NCBI GenBank assembly: GCA_001782805.1
Contig: MFPT01000019.1
Location: 1,801-65,800 of the forward strand
Length of the DNA stretch: 64,000 nt
Direction: 5' to 3'
Origin: Candidatus Magasanikbacteria bacterium RIFCSPHIGHO2_01_FULL_41_23
Lineage (GTDB): Bacteria; Patescibacteriota; Patescibacteriia; Magasanikbacterales; UBA922
Numbering within the stretch: position 1 is the stretch's first letter; every line of letters starts with the position of its first letter. The notes beneath the pieces were generated by a model. The model was not told where the DNA came from and did no database searches. It was given only the letters and a program-made list of their open reading frames with translations. A program made the translations under genes and the position numbers. Shown here piece by piece: positions 8,242-16,858 of the stretch.

Positions 8242-11133
8242 ATGAATAAATATAATCCCCAAGAAATTGAATTAAAATGGCAAAAATTTTGGGAAGAAAA
8301 TAAAACGTTTGCGGTTACTGAAGATTCGACCAAAGAAAAATTTTACGGCCTGATTGAGTTTCCGTATCCGAGTGGCGCGGGTTTGCATGTGGGGCATCCG
8401 CGGTCGTACACGGCCATGGACGTGATTACGCGGCAAAAACGCATGGAAGGCAAAAATGTTTTGTTCCCGATTGGGTTTGATTCATTTGGTTTGCCGACGG
8501 AAAATTTTGCCATTAAAACCGGTCGGCCGCCTGCGGAAATTACGGCTGAAAATATTACCACGTTTACGCGTCAGCTCAAGTCGCTGGGTTTTGGATTTGA
8601 CTGGAATCGCGCGGTGACCACGAGCGAGCCGGAATATTACAAATGGACGCAGTGGATTTTTTTGCAATTGTATAAACATGGTTTGGCGTACAAAGCGAAC
8701 CAGCCAATCAATTGGTGTCCGAAAGATAAAATTGGTTTGGCGAATGAAGAAGTAGTGACCCATTCGACAAGCTCAGGGCAAGTCAGTTGTTGCGAACGGT
8801 GCGGCAGCACAGTAGAAAAACGGAACAAAGAACAATGGATGCTGGCGATTACCAAATACGCGGACAAATTGTTGGAAGGCCTGAATGAAGTGGATTATAT
8901 TTCGCGCGCCAAAGTGCAACAAGAAAATTGGATTGGAAAAAGTGAGGGCGCGGAAATTAATTTTGCCTTGAATGTTCCGAGACAAGATTTAGGGAAACAT
9001 AGTGTAACGGTTTTTACCACGCGACCCGATACTATTTTTGGCGCGTCGTTTTTGGCAATTTCAGCCGAGCTGGCGCAAAAATGGATAGATGTAGGCTGGC
9101 AGGCGAGTGAGGAGGTAAAAAAATACATTGTGGAAACTTTGCAGGGTCGGACGACCGCGGTGGCGCGCGAAGATATTGAGAAAACCGGTGTTGACTCGGG
9201 AATTATCGCAATCAATCCGGTCAATAATGAATCAATTCCTGTTTGGATTGTGAATTATGTGTTGGGTGATGTGGGCACTGGTGCAATTATGGCTGTGCCG
9301 GCGCACGATGAACGAGACTTTGAGTTTGCACAGAAATATAATTTGCCAACAAAAGAAGTGGTAATCAAACAATTAGGCGAGAGAGTGGATGGTAGTGAAG
9401 TTAGAAATACTGCGCGGGGGATTTGTGTTCGAGATGGGAAATTATTAATAACCCGCAATAAGAAAATGGGTGAATATCTTTTGGTAGGTGGAGGAATTGA
9501 TAATAAAGAAAGTCCAACCGGTGCATTATTGAGGGAAATAAAAGAAGAAACTGGTTATTGTAATATAAAAATTTCTTCATATCTTGGCACTGTTGAACAT
9601 AATTATTTTCATACCCAACATAAAAAAAATTTACATGCGTTGGTGGCGGGCTTCGTATTTGAATTAGAAAATGAAGAAACAGTACCCCGCGTTGAAAATG
9701 AAATTCAAAAAGCTAATATTCTGTGGTTGCCGGTTGCCGAAGCGATTGAAAAATTTGAAAATAGTCCGTCATTTTGTCGGGAAGTTGAATTTATTGAACG
9801 CTATTTGCAAAAAAAAGGCCTGCCGTTTACTGAAAATGGTGTGGCGTATAATTCTGATTTCTTAAATGAACTGCCGACTCCCGAAGCCAAAGAAAAAATG
9901 ATTCAATGGCTTGAAGAAAAAAGAGTCGGCAAACGTAAAAAAAATTACAAACTCCGCGACTGGGTTTTTTCGCGCCAGCGATATTGGGGCGAACCGATTC
10001 CATTGGTTTTTTGTGAGAATTGTAAAGGTTGGATCCCGCTTCCTGAAGATCAGCTTCCTTTAAAGCTACCACACGTTGAAAAATATTTGCCGACGGACAC
10101 GGGCGAATCACCGCTCGCGCCAATGACGGATTGGGTAAATACGACTTGTCCGCAGTGTGGCGGTCCAGCGCGGCGGGAAACTGATACAATGCCGAATTGG
10201 GCTGGATCAAGTTGGTATTGGTTACGCTATTGTGATCCGCATAATGTTGAGCAATTGGCGTCAAAAGAAAAGTTAAATTATTGGCAACCAGTGGATTGGT
10301 ACAACGGCGGCATGGAGCACACGGTTTTGCATTTGTTGTATTCGCGTTTTTGGAATCAATTTTTGTACGACATTGGCGTGGTGCCCACGCGCGAGCCGTA
10401 CAAAAAACGGACGAGTCACGGTATGATTTTGGCGAGTGATGGTCAAAAAATGAGTAAAAGTTTGGGCAATGTGGTGAATCCAGATGAAATGGTCGAGCAG
10501 TTCGGTGCCGACGCCCTGCGCGTATACATTTTATTTATGGGGCCGTTTGACCAGGCCGTGGCGTGGGATACAAATGGACTTGTTGGTGTGCGGAGATTTT
10601 TGGAAAGAGTGTGGAATTTGCAGGAAAAAATTTACGATAACATCCCAGCAATTGTCGGGCAAATAACAGATAACAAAATTCAGACTGTTTTGCATCAAAC
10701 CATTAAGAAGATTACTGAGGATATTGCCGCGATGCGATTCAATACTGCAATTGCGAAATTGATGGAGTTGAGTAATGAAATGGGTACGCGGGAAAAAATT
10801 GCGCGCGAAGATTATCATATATTTATAAAATTACTCGCTCCATTCGCGCCGCATATTACCGAGGAATTGTGGAATCTATTTGGCACCGGCGATTCAGTCG
10901 CATATGCGCCGTGGCCACAATATGATTCTGAATTAATCATAGAAGCCGAAATAATCATTGTAGTACAAGTCAACGGTAAAGTCCGCGATCAATTGACTGT
11001 CTCGCCGGAAATTAGTGAAGAAGAAATAAAACAAATGGCGTTGTCGTCCGAGAAAGTGATGAAGTGGTTAGAAGGGAAAGAGCCGAAGAAGGTGATTTAT
11101 GTTAAGGGAAAGTTGGTGAGTGTGGTGGTATAA
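8242..11133 (+). CDS. leuS: Leucyl-tRNA synthetase with embedded Nudix hydrolase domain and a short in-frame repeat insertion
   Basis: HVGHPRSY (HIGH), Zn motif CCERCGS, editing-domain motifs TTRPDTIFGA and AHDERDFEFAQKY, KMSKS. A perfect Nudix box GGGIDNKESPTGALLREIKEETGY lies at 9487-9558, inside a ~150-aa insert. The THSTSSGQVS insert is encoded by the repeat core at 8757-8782. Confidence 0.9.
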   Translation: MNKYNPQEIELKWQKFWEENKTFAVTEDSTKEKFYGLIEFPYPSGAGLHVGHPRSYTAMDVITRQKRMEGKNVLFPIGFDSFGLPTENFAIKTGRPPAEITAENITTFTRQLKSLGFGFDWNRAVTTSEPEYYKWTQWIFLQLYKHGLAYKANQPINWCPKDKIGLANEEVVTHSTSSGQVSCCERCGSTVEKRNKEQWMLAITKYADKLLEGLNEVDYISRAKVQQENWIGKSEGAEINFALNVPRQDLGKHSVTVFTTRPDTIFGASFLAISAELAQKWIDVGWQASEEVKKYIVETLQGRTTAVAREDIEKTGVDSGIIAINPVNNESIPVWIVNYVLGDVGTGAIMAVPAHDERDFEFAQKYNLPTKEVVIKQLGERVDGSEVRNTARGICVRDGKLLITRNKKMGEYLLVGGGIDNKESPTGALLREIKEETGYCNIKISSYLGTVEHNYFHTQHKKNLHALVAGFVFELENEETVPRVENEIQKANILWLPVAEAIEKFENSPSFCREVEFIERYLQKKGLPFTENGVAYNSDFLNELPTPEAKEKMIQWLEEKRVGKRKKNYKLRDWVFSRQRYWGEPIPLVFCENCKGWIPLPEDQLPLKLPHVEKYLPTDTGESPLAPMTDWVNTTCPQCGGPARRETDTMPNWAGSSWYWLRYCDPHNVEQLASKEKLNYWQPVDWYNGGMEHTVLHLLYSRFWNQFLYDIGVVPTREPYKKRTSHGMILASDGQKMSKSLGNVVNPDEMVEQFGADALRVYILFMGPFDQAVAWDTNGLVGVRRFLERVWNLQEKIYDNIPAIVGQITDNKIQTVLHQTIKKITEDIAAMRFNTAIAKLMELSNEMGTREKIAREDYHIFIKLLAPFAPHITEELWNLFGTGDSVAYAPWPQYDSELIIEAEIIIVVQVNGKVRDQLTVSPEISEEEIKQMALSSEKVMKWLEGKEPKKVIYVKGKLVSVVV

Positions 11134-11389
11134 AAAGTTATTTATTTTATTAAGAAGTATTTAAAAAATTAGTTGGAGAGGGTACTATTTTGGATTTTAG
11201 AGATTAACTTCTGTCGTGTTTGTTATTGGTTTTTTATTATCCACACTCTCACTTTGGTTCGTGAAGAAAAAATGAATAAAAAAGCGATTGACGTCGGAAT
11301 AGTTTTGCGCTAAAATAAAAATAGCTAAAGATTCTACTGACTAGAAAAGATGAAATGGAGTTCATTATTATTTTTTTGTTATTTGTTAT

Positions 11390-11890
11390 ATGTTTCAAGA
11401 AATAGAAAGATTTATAAATATAGTTGGCATACCATCATTATTGCTGGGTTTTTTGTACATCGGCAAGAGATTACAATTGTTGGATGATATTAATAACACT
11501 GTCAAAAGCCTAAAGCATAATATAAAGGTCATTTGCGACCATTTGATTAGCAAGTTTGATGGTTTTGATCATACGTTGCTCGTTAACTACAGCCCACTTA
11601 AGCTTAAGCCAGAGGCGGTCAAACTTTTGGAAATTATTGGGTTTATTGAAATGTTTAAACAACATAAACAAGACTTTTTTGATTTAATAAATAACGAGCA
11701 ACCAAAAACCAAGTTTGACGTTGAATTGCAGAGTATTAAAGCAGTCCTAATATTATTTGAGAAGGATTATTTTACTGAGGTTAAAAATTACTTGTACAAC
11801 AATCCTAATGTTGAGTACAAAAAATTTGCGCAAGTCTTGGGTATTTATGTGCGGGACAAGTATTTTAATGAACATAAGATGATTTTATGA
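11390..11890 (+). CDS. Hypothetical protein (AT-rich, no recognisable domain)
   Basis: 166-aa ORF only. Lower GC than its neighbours. Confidence 0.35.
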   Translation: MFQEIERFINIVGIPSLLLGFLYIGKRLQLLDDINNTVKSLKHNIKVICDHLISKFDGFDHTLLVNYSPLKLKPEAVKLLEIIGFIEMFKQHKQDFFDLINNEQPKTKFDVELQSIKAVLILFEKDYFTEVKNYLYNNPNVEYKKFAQVLGIYVRDKYFNEHKMIL

Positions 11891-11973
11891 ATACACCCAA
11901 CCAAGACTACGAAAAATTAAGAGAACTTGAAGAATCTTTGTGGCGTGCTGAAACCAGATTTGATTTTAATTAA
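11887..11973 (+). CDS. Small ORF (28 aa, MNTPNQDYEKLRELEESLWRAETRFDFN), possible gene fragment
   Basis: ATGA overlap with the preceding ORF. Resembles the N-terminus of NTF2-like/DUF4440 proteins but is truncated by a stop. Confidence 0.2.
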   Translation: MNTPNQDYEKLRELEESLWRAETRFDFN

Positions 11974-12063
11974 AATTGAATAATCCTAAAGTATAATTAT
12001 CGCATTAACATTCTTCTTCGCCACTAAAGGAGGCAAAGAATTACATTTTTGTTTTTTTATTTT

Positions 12064-12429
12064 ATGAATTTTAATCTTTTAACCCCCGAAGAAGAAGCGG
12101 TAATTATCCACAAAGGCACCGAAGTGCCCGGCACCGGCGAATACGATGATTTTTTTGTGGAAGGGACATACACCTGCCGTCGCTGTACTGCGCCGCTTTA
12201 TGAATCTACGGCCAAATTTCATTCCGGTTGTGGCTGGCCAAGTTTTGATCAGGAAATTTCCGGCGCGGTAAAACATATTCCGGATCCCGATGGCCGGCGT
12301 ACGGAAATCGTTTGTAATAATTGCGACGGACATTTGGGTCATATTTTTCTCGGCGAGCGATTTACGCTAAAAAATACGCGACACTGTGTTAATTCCGTCT
12401 CACTTAAATTTATTCCGAAATCAATCTAG
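12064..12429 (+). CDS. msrB: Peptide-methionine (R)-S-oxide reductase
   Basis: CxxC...GCGWPSF...[17 protein letters not shown] signature. The ORF-track start at 12049 is probably an extension. Confidence 0.85.
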   Translation: MNFNLLTPEEEAVIIHKGTEVPGTGEYDDFFVEGTYTCRRCTAPLYESTAKFHSGCGWPSFDQEISGAVKHIPDPDGRRTEIVCNNCDGHLGHIFLGERFTLKNTRHCVNSVSLKFIPKSI

Positions 12430-12467
12430 TATTATTTAAGTAATACTATATTTTCAATTATTTTTTT

Positions 12468-13013
12468 ATGTCAAACTCAACAGAAACAATAGTTTTTGGC
12501 GGTGGATGTTTTTGGTGCATTGAAGCGGTTTTTCAAATGCTTCGCGGTGTTGAATCTGTTACTTCAGGTTATGCCGGTGGTGAAAAATCCGACCCAAATT
12601 ATTATCAAGTTGTAAACGGCAACAGTGGTCATGCCGAAGTCGTGCAAATTGAATATGATCCGGTCGCTGTTAGTCTGGAAAATTTGTACGCGGTATTTTT
12701 TACCACGCACGATCCAACCACGCGCAATCGCCAAGGGGCAGATGTGGGCACGCAATATCGTTCAGTAATTTATTATACCACTCCGGAACAAAAAATCGCG
12801 GCGGAAAATTATATAGAAAAATTAACTGATGCCAAAGTTTTTGTAAATCCGATTGTGACTGAACTTGAAGCATTGCAGAAATTTTATCCGGCAGAGACTT
12901 ATCACCAGAATTATTATCAAAATAATCAAGACAGTAATCCATACTGTCAAGTTGTCATTGATCCAAAGATTGCCAAAATTCGTCAACAATACGCGCATTT
13001 GCTGAAAAAGTAA
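12468..13013 (+). CDS. msrA: Peptide-methionine (S)-S-oxide reductase
   Basis: GGGCFWC active-site motif. HDPTTRNRQGADVGTQYRS. Confidence 0.9.
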   Translation: MSNSTETIVFGGGCFWCIEAVFQMLRGVESVTSGYAGGEKSDPNYYQVVNGNSGHAEVVQIEYDPVAVSLENLYAVFFTTHDPTTRNRQGADVGTQYRSVIYYTTPEQKIAAENYIEKLTDAKVFVNPIVTELEALQKFYPAETYHQNYYQNNQDSNPYCQVVIDPKIAKIRQQYAHLLKK

Positions 13014-13053
13014 AAATAGTTAGTTGTTGTAATAAATTGGGCACAAACAATAT

Positions 13054-14517
13054 ATGAAGGAGGGAATCAAAAAAATTTTTGCGTCCAAGAGCAAAACATT
13101 TGCCATAATTTGCTTTTGTTTTTTGCTTGGCGTGGCAGTAGCATCATTCGCTGATATTCGGCTGAATCAATTGTACTGTTATGTTATTTTTTTAACGCCT
13201 CTATTTTTGTGGTTTGTACTACAGCTTTTTGATAAAAAATTTTCTCGAGAATTTTTGTTATACGGCGGTATCGTTTATGTGTTTATATTTGGCTTGGCTC
13301 GTTACGCTTTTGTTTTTCCGCCCAATGCAAAAGAATTTATACATTTTTATGCCGGGCAAAAAGTAGAGTTAGTTGGTTATATTGCCACTGAACCGGATGA
13401 ACGCATTGACAGTGTGCGTTACATCGTGGAAACGGAAACCATCCTGAACGAAGTCGAAGGGGATAAAAATATAATGCCGCGTGGTCGCGTGTATTTAAAG
13501 TACGATCGCTATCCGCGCTTCAATTACGGTGATCGTCTGCGCGTGAATTGCAATCTTAAAATTCCCACGCCAATTGTTGACGCCACTGAGTCCAGTAAAG
13601 TTTTTCATTATGATAAATATCTGGCATTGTCCAATGTTTTCTCTTTGTGTGAATATCCGCGTATTGGGCGCATTACCGGCTCGGCCGGGGATCCAATATA
13701 TGCATTATTGCTGCAATTCAAACAAAAAATCGCCAGCCAAATCGGACTTCTCTGGCCAGAACCATATGCCAGTTTTATGGCCGGACTGCTGTATGGATAT
13801 CGTGGTGGTTTAGGATCATTGAATGAAGCCTTTAATCGAACCGGAGTGACTCATATTGTCGCGGTATCCGGATTTAACATTTCCATAATTGCTTCAATTT
13901 TAATTAATCTCTGTACGGTTTTGACTGTGCCGCGACAAAAAACATTTTGGCTAGTCGCTATGGGTATTGTGGCATTTGTGATATTTACCGGCGCATCAGC
14001 CTCGGTTGTTCGTGCCGGAGTCATGGGAATTATTACTCTTCTGGCCGCTTATGTTGGTCGACCCAAACAGATTGCCAATGTTTTACTTTTGGCCGCAGTT
14101 ATAATGATTGCGCATAATCCACTCGTCCTTTGGTTTGACGCGGGATTTCAATTATCATTTTTGTCCACATTGGGATTGGTTTATGTTGCGCCCAAAATTA
14201 AACCATTTTTGCAGGCTATTCCCGAATCGGTTGGCCTGCGCGAAAATTTAGGGTCAACATTATCCGCGATTATTGCCACTACTCCGCTTGTGATTGGACA
14301 ATTTGGCCGTTTTTCATTAGTCGCGCCACTGGTAAATATATTGGTGCTATGGATAATTCCGTATCTAATGATTTTTGGCGCGACTTCAGTCGTGATTAAT
14401 TTTACCTTTCCTTTTTTAAGTTTTTTGGTAGTTTGGCCGACAATGTTTGGAATGCGCTACGTCATATTCGTCGTCACTTGGTTTAGCCAGCTCTCCTGGG
14501 CATCAGTATCATGGTAA
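13054..14517 (+). CDS. comEC: ComEC/Rec2 competence protein, membrane channel part (DUF4131 + competence domain)
   Basis: N-terminal TM helices, the OB-like DUF4131 region, and the competence-domain motif GVTHIVAVSGFNISII. Confidence 0.75.
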   Translation: MKEGIKKIFASKSKTFAIICFCFLLGVAVASFADIRLNQLYCYVIFLTPLFLWFVLQLFDKKFSREFLLYGGIVYVFIFGLARYAFVFPPNAKEFIHFYAGQKVELVGYIATEPDERIDSVRYIVETETILNEVEGDKNIMPRGRVYLKYDRYPRFNYGDRLRVNCNLKIPTPIVDATESSKVFHYDKYLALSNVFSLCEYPRIGRITGSAGDPIYALLLQFKQKIASQIGLLWPEPYASFMAGLLYGYRGGLGSLNEAFNRTGVTHIVAVSGFNISIIASILINLCTVLTVPRQKTFWLVAMGIVAFVIFTGASASVVRAGVMGIITLLAAYVGRPKQIANVLLLAAVIMIAHNPLVLWFDAGFQLSFLSTLGLVYVAPKIKPFLQAIPESVGLRENLGSTLSAIIATTPLVIGQFGRFSLVAPLVNILVLWIIPYLMIFGATSVVINFTFPFLSFLVVWPTMFGMRYVIFVVTWFSQLSWASVSW

Positions 14518-15428
14518 ATTGTATGAAAAAAATTGTATTTATTGTAATTTTAGGGATCGTGGTTTTAATTTCAAGTTATTTCGCTTGGCTTTATTTTTCC
14601 AATCCAAGCACAAGCCCGTTGAATCCCACGTTAAAAGTTAATTTTTTGGATGTGGGACAGGGTGATGCCACACTGATTATTTTTCCCGATGGCCAAGAAA
14701 TGCTTGTGGACTGTGGTCGCGACGCAATTATTTTGGCTGCGCTCGCGCGCGTTCGCCATTGGCAGGATCGAACATTGGATTATTTGGTAGTCACGCATCC
14801 GGATGCGGATCATTATGGCGGATGTATTGATGTGTTAAAACAATATACGGTAAAACATATTTATTTTAATGGTTTTGCCAAAGAAAATAGCCAACTTTTG
14901 CAAACATTTCACCAAACTGTTCTCGATGAAGAGAATATTGGTGCGGATTTTATTATTGTTTCCAGCTCCAAAGAATTATTTATTGCCAGCACGAGTATAC
15001 GATTTTTATATCCTGATCATTCCATTGTTCAAAATCCACGTGTGCCGGGAGAATCAAGTATTGAAAGCAATAATACCTCGATCGTCATGAAAATTTCTTA
15101 TGGCAAACTCAGTGTTCTTCTGACCGGTGACATGGAAATGCCGTTGGAAAATTATTTGATTAAAAAATATGGATCAATTTTAAATGTTGAAGTTTTAAAA
15201 ATCGGACATCATGGCAGTAAATCATCGTCCGGTGAAGAATTTTTAGGCCGCGTTATGCCCCAATACTGCGTTATTTCATCCGGCCAAAATAATTCTTATG
15301 GTCATCCGGCATTACGAGTTCTCAAACGTTTGGCACGAAGTGGATGCCAAATTTTGCGAACCGATTCATTAGGTGATATACTGGCTATAATTACATTGGA
15401 AAAAATCACCATCCATGCGCAAAAATAA
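14511..15428 (+). CDS. ComEC-type metallo-beta-lactamase domain protein with own N-terminal TM anchor
   Basis: VNFLDVGQGDATLIIFPDGQEMLVDCG, HPDADHYGG, LKIGHHGSKSSS. Separate ORF in a different frame, with a 7-nt overlap with the upstream comEC part. Confidence 0.75.
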   Translation: MVNCMKKIVFIVILGIVVLISSYFAWLYFSNPSTSPLNPTLKVNFLDVGQGDATLIIFPDGQEMLVDCGRDAIILAALARVRHWQDRTLDYLVVTHPDADHYGGCIDVLKQYTVKHIYFNGFAKENSQLLQTFHQTVLDEENIGADFIIVSSSKELFIASTSIRFLYPDHSIVQNPRVPGESSIESNNTSIVMKISYGKLSVLLTGDMEMPLENYLIKKYGSILNVEVLKIGHHGSKSSSGEEFLGRVMPQYCVISSGQNNSYGHPALRVLKRLARSGCQILRTDSLGDILAIITLEKITIHAQK

Positions 15429-16854
15429 TCTACTGTGGATTTTAGTCATTGGATTTATTTTTATCCCCCTCAACTTCGTTCAGGGCGCTTTTACTTTTGT
15501 GGTAAATCAAGGAATCCGTTTGTCCAATCCCAAAGCAGTTGAAGGGGAAACAGTCAAAATCTATACCGTCGTTGCCAATAATGATTTTACTACTCTTTCC
15601 GGTGAAATCACTTTTTATAACAATAATGTGGCCATTGCCAAAGTGCCTTTGGCAAAATTAGCGTTTGAAGATGCTCGACAAATCGCGGCGGAATTTGTTT
15701 TGCCGGCCGGTGAATTAGCCTTGACCGCTGAATTGACCAGTGTTACAGCAGTTAAGAAAAACGGTGAAACAGTTACGATTCCGGACAATGAAGTTAAAAG
15801 CGGATCTGCGCCAACGGTATTTACCATTGATGGTGATAATGATCGTGACCATTTTGGGGATAGTGTTGATCCTGACGATGATAATGATGGTGTTCCTGAT
15901 ACCAAAGAGTTGGAGGCGGGAACTGATCCTAAAAAAAGTGATACTGATGCCGATGGTTTGACTGATAAAATTGAATTGGAAAAAAAGACCGATCCATTGA
16001 AAGCCGATTCGGATAATGATGGCGTGTCAGATTCCGCTGATATTTTTCCAATGAATAAATCTGAAGTCAAAGACAGTGATGGCGATAGTGTTGGCGATAA
16101 TGCTGATACTGACGATGACAACGATGATCTTTTGGACGCTGATGAAATTGCTTTTGGCAGTGATCCTTTTAAAAAAGATACAGACGGTGATGGCGTCAAT
16201 GATTTTGAAGAAAAACGTTTAGGCGGAAATCCCAAATTGGCTGACTCTGACCATGATGGTTTGACTGATGCCGAAGAAGTTAAACGTGGCACTAATTTGG
16301 CCAGTGTTGATACTGATGCTGATGGTTTGTCGGATAAAACGGAAATTGAAGGAAAAACCGATCCCAAAAATCCGGATTCTGACAGTGATGGACTCAGTGA
16401 CAGTGACGAAATTAAAGTCGGAACTGATCCATTAAAAAAAGATACGGACAATGATGGTATTGGAGACAAAGAAGATGTCTTTCCGCTTGATCCGAAAGAA
16501 AATATTGATACCGATGATGATACTATGGGAAATAATACTGATACTGACGATGATAATGATAAAATTATTGACAGTGACGAAATTAAAGTCGGAACTGATC
16601 CATTAAAAAAAGATACGGACAATGATGGCTTAACCGACTATGAAGAAAAAGTCAAAGGAACTGATGCTAAAACCGCTGATACTGATCAGGATGGAAAAAA
16701 TGATTCTGAAGATCGGACGCCATTATCCGCGAGTCGTTTTTCCAATGTACCGACGAATGCGTTATTATATGGCGCGCTCGCGATTTCCGGTTTATGTTTT
16801 GTGGCGGCGAGCGCCGCCTATTGGCGTCGTCGAAAATTAAGCGCCAGAAATTAA
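15415..16854 (+). CDS. Secreted Ca-binding protein with thrombospondin type-3-like repeats and C-terminal TM/basic anchor
   Basis: Signal peptide. At least 12 DxDxDGxxD-type repeats. C-terminal hydrophobic helix followed by RRRKLSARN. Internal 59-bp exact direct repeat (16399-16457 and 16571-16629). Confidence 0.65.
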   Translation: MRKNNLLWILVIGFIFIPLNFVQGAFTFVVNQGIRLSNPKAVEGETVKIYTVVANNDFTTLSGEITFYNNNVAIAKVPLAKLAFEDARQIAAEFVLPAGELALTAELTSVTAVKKNGETVTIPDNEVKSGSAPTVFTIDGDNDRDHFGDSVDPDDDNDGVPDTKELEAGTDPKKSDTDADGLTDKIELEKKTDPLKADSDNDGVSDSADIFPMNKSEVKDSDGDSVGDNADTDDDNDDLLDADEIAFGSDPFKKDTDGDGVNDFEEKRLGGNPKLADSDHDGLTDAEEVKRGTNLASVDTDADGLSDKTEIEGKTDPKNPDSDSDGLSDSDEIKVGTDPLKKDTDNDGIGDKEDVFPLDPKENIDTDDDTMGNNTDTDDDNDKIIDSDEIKVGTDPLKKDTDNDGLTDYEEKVKGTDAKTADTDQDGKNDSEDRTPLSASRFSNVPTNALLYGALAISGLCFVAASAAYWRRRKLSARN

Positions 16855-16858
16855 TTAT

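Noticed and set aside
13574-13813. 79-aa plus-strand ORF in alternate frame
   Set aside because: Embedded in the comEC coding region. No supporting features.
15615-16622. 335-aa minus-strand ORF rich in Ser/Leu/Pro
   Set aside because: It is the antisense reading of the Asp-codon-rich TSP3 repeat gene (GAT/GAC read as ATC/GTC). The sense strand has a clear signal peptide and Ca-binding repeats.
15800-16700. Periodic ~60-90 bp repeats, considered as a possible CRISPR array
   Set aside because: The repeats are in-frame coding repeats (DxDxDG calcium-binding motifs) with variable length and no spacer/repeat regularity. There are no cas genes.
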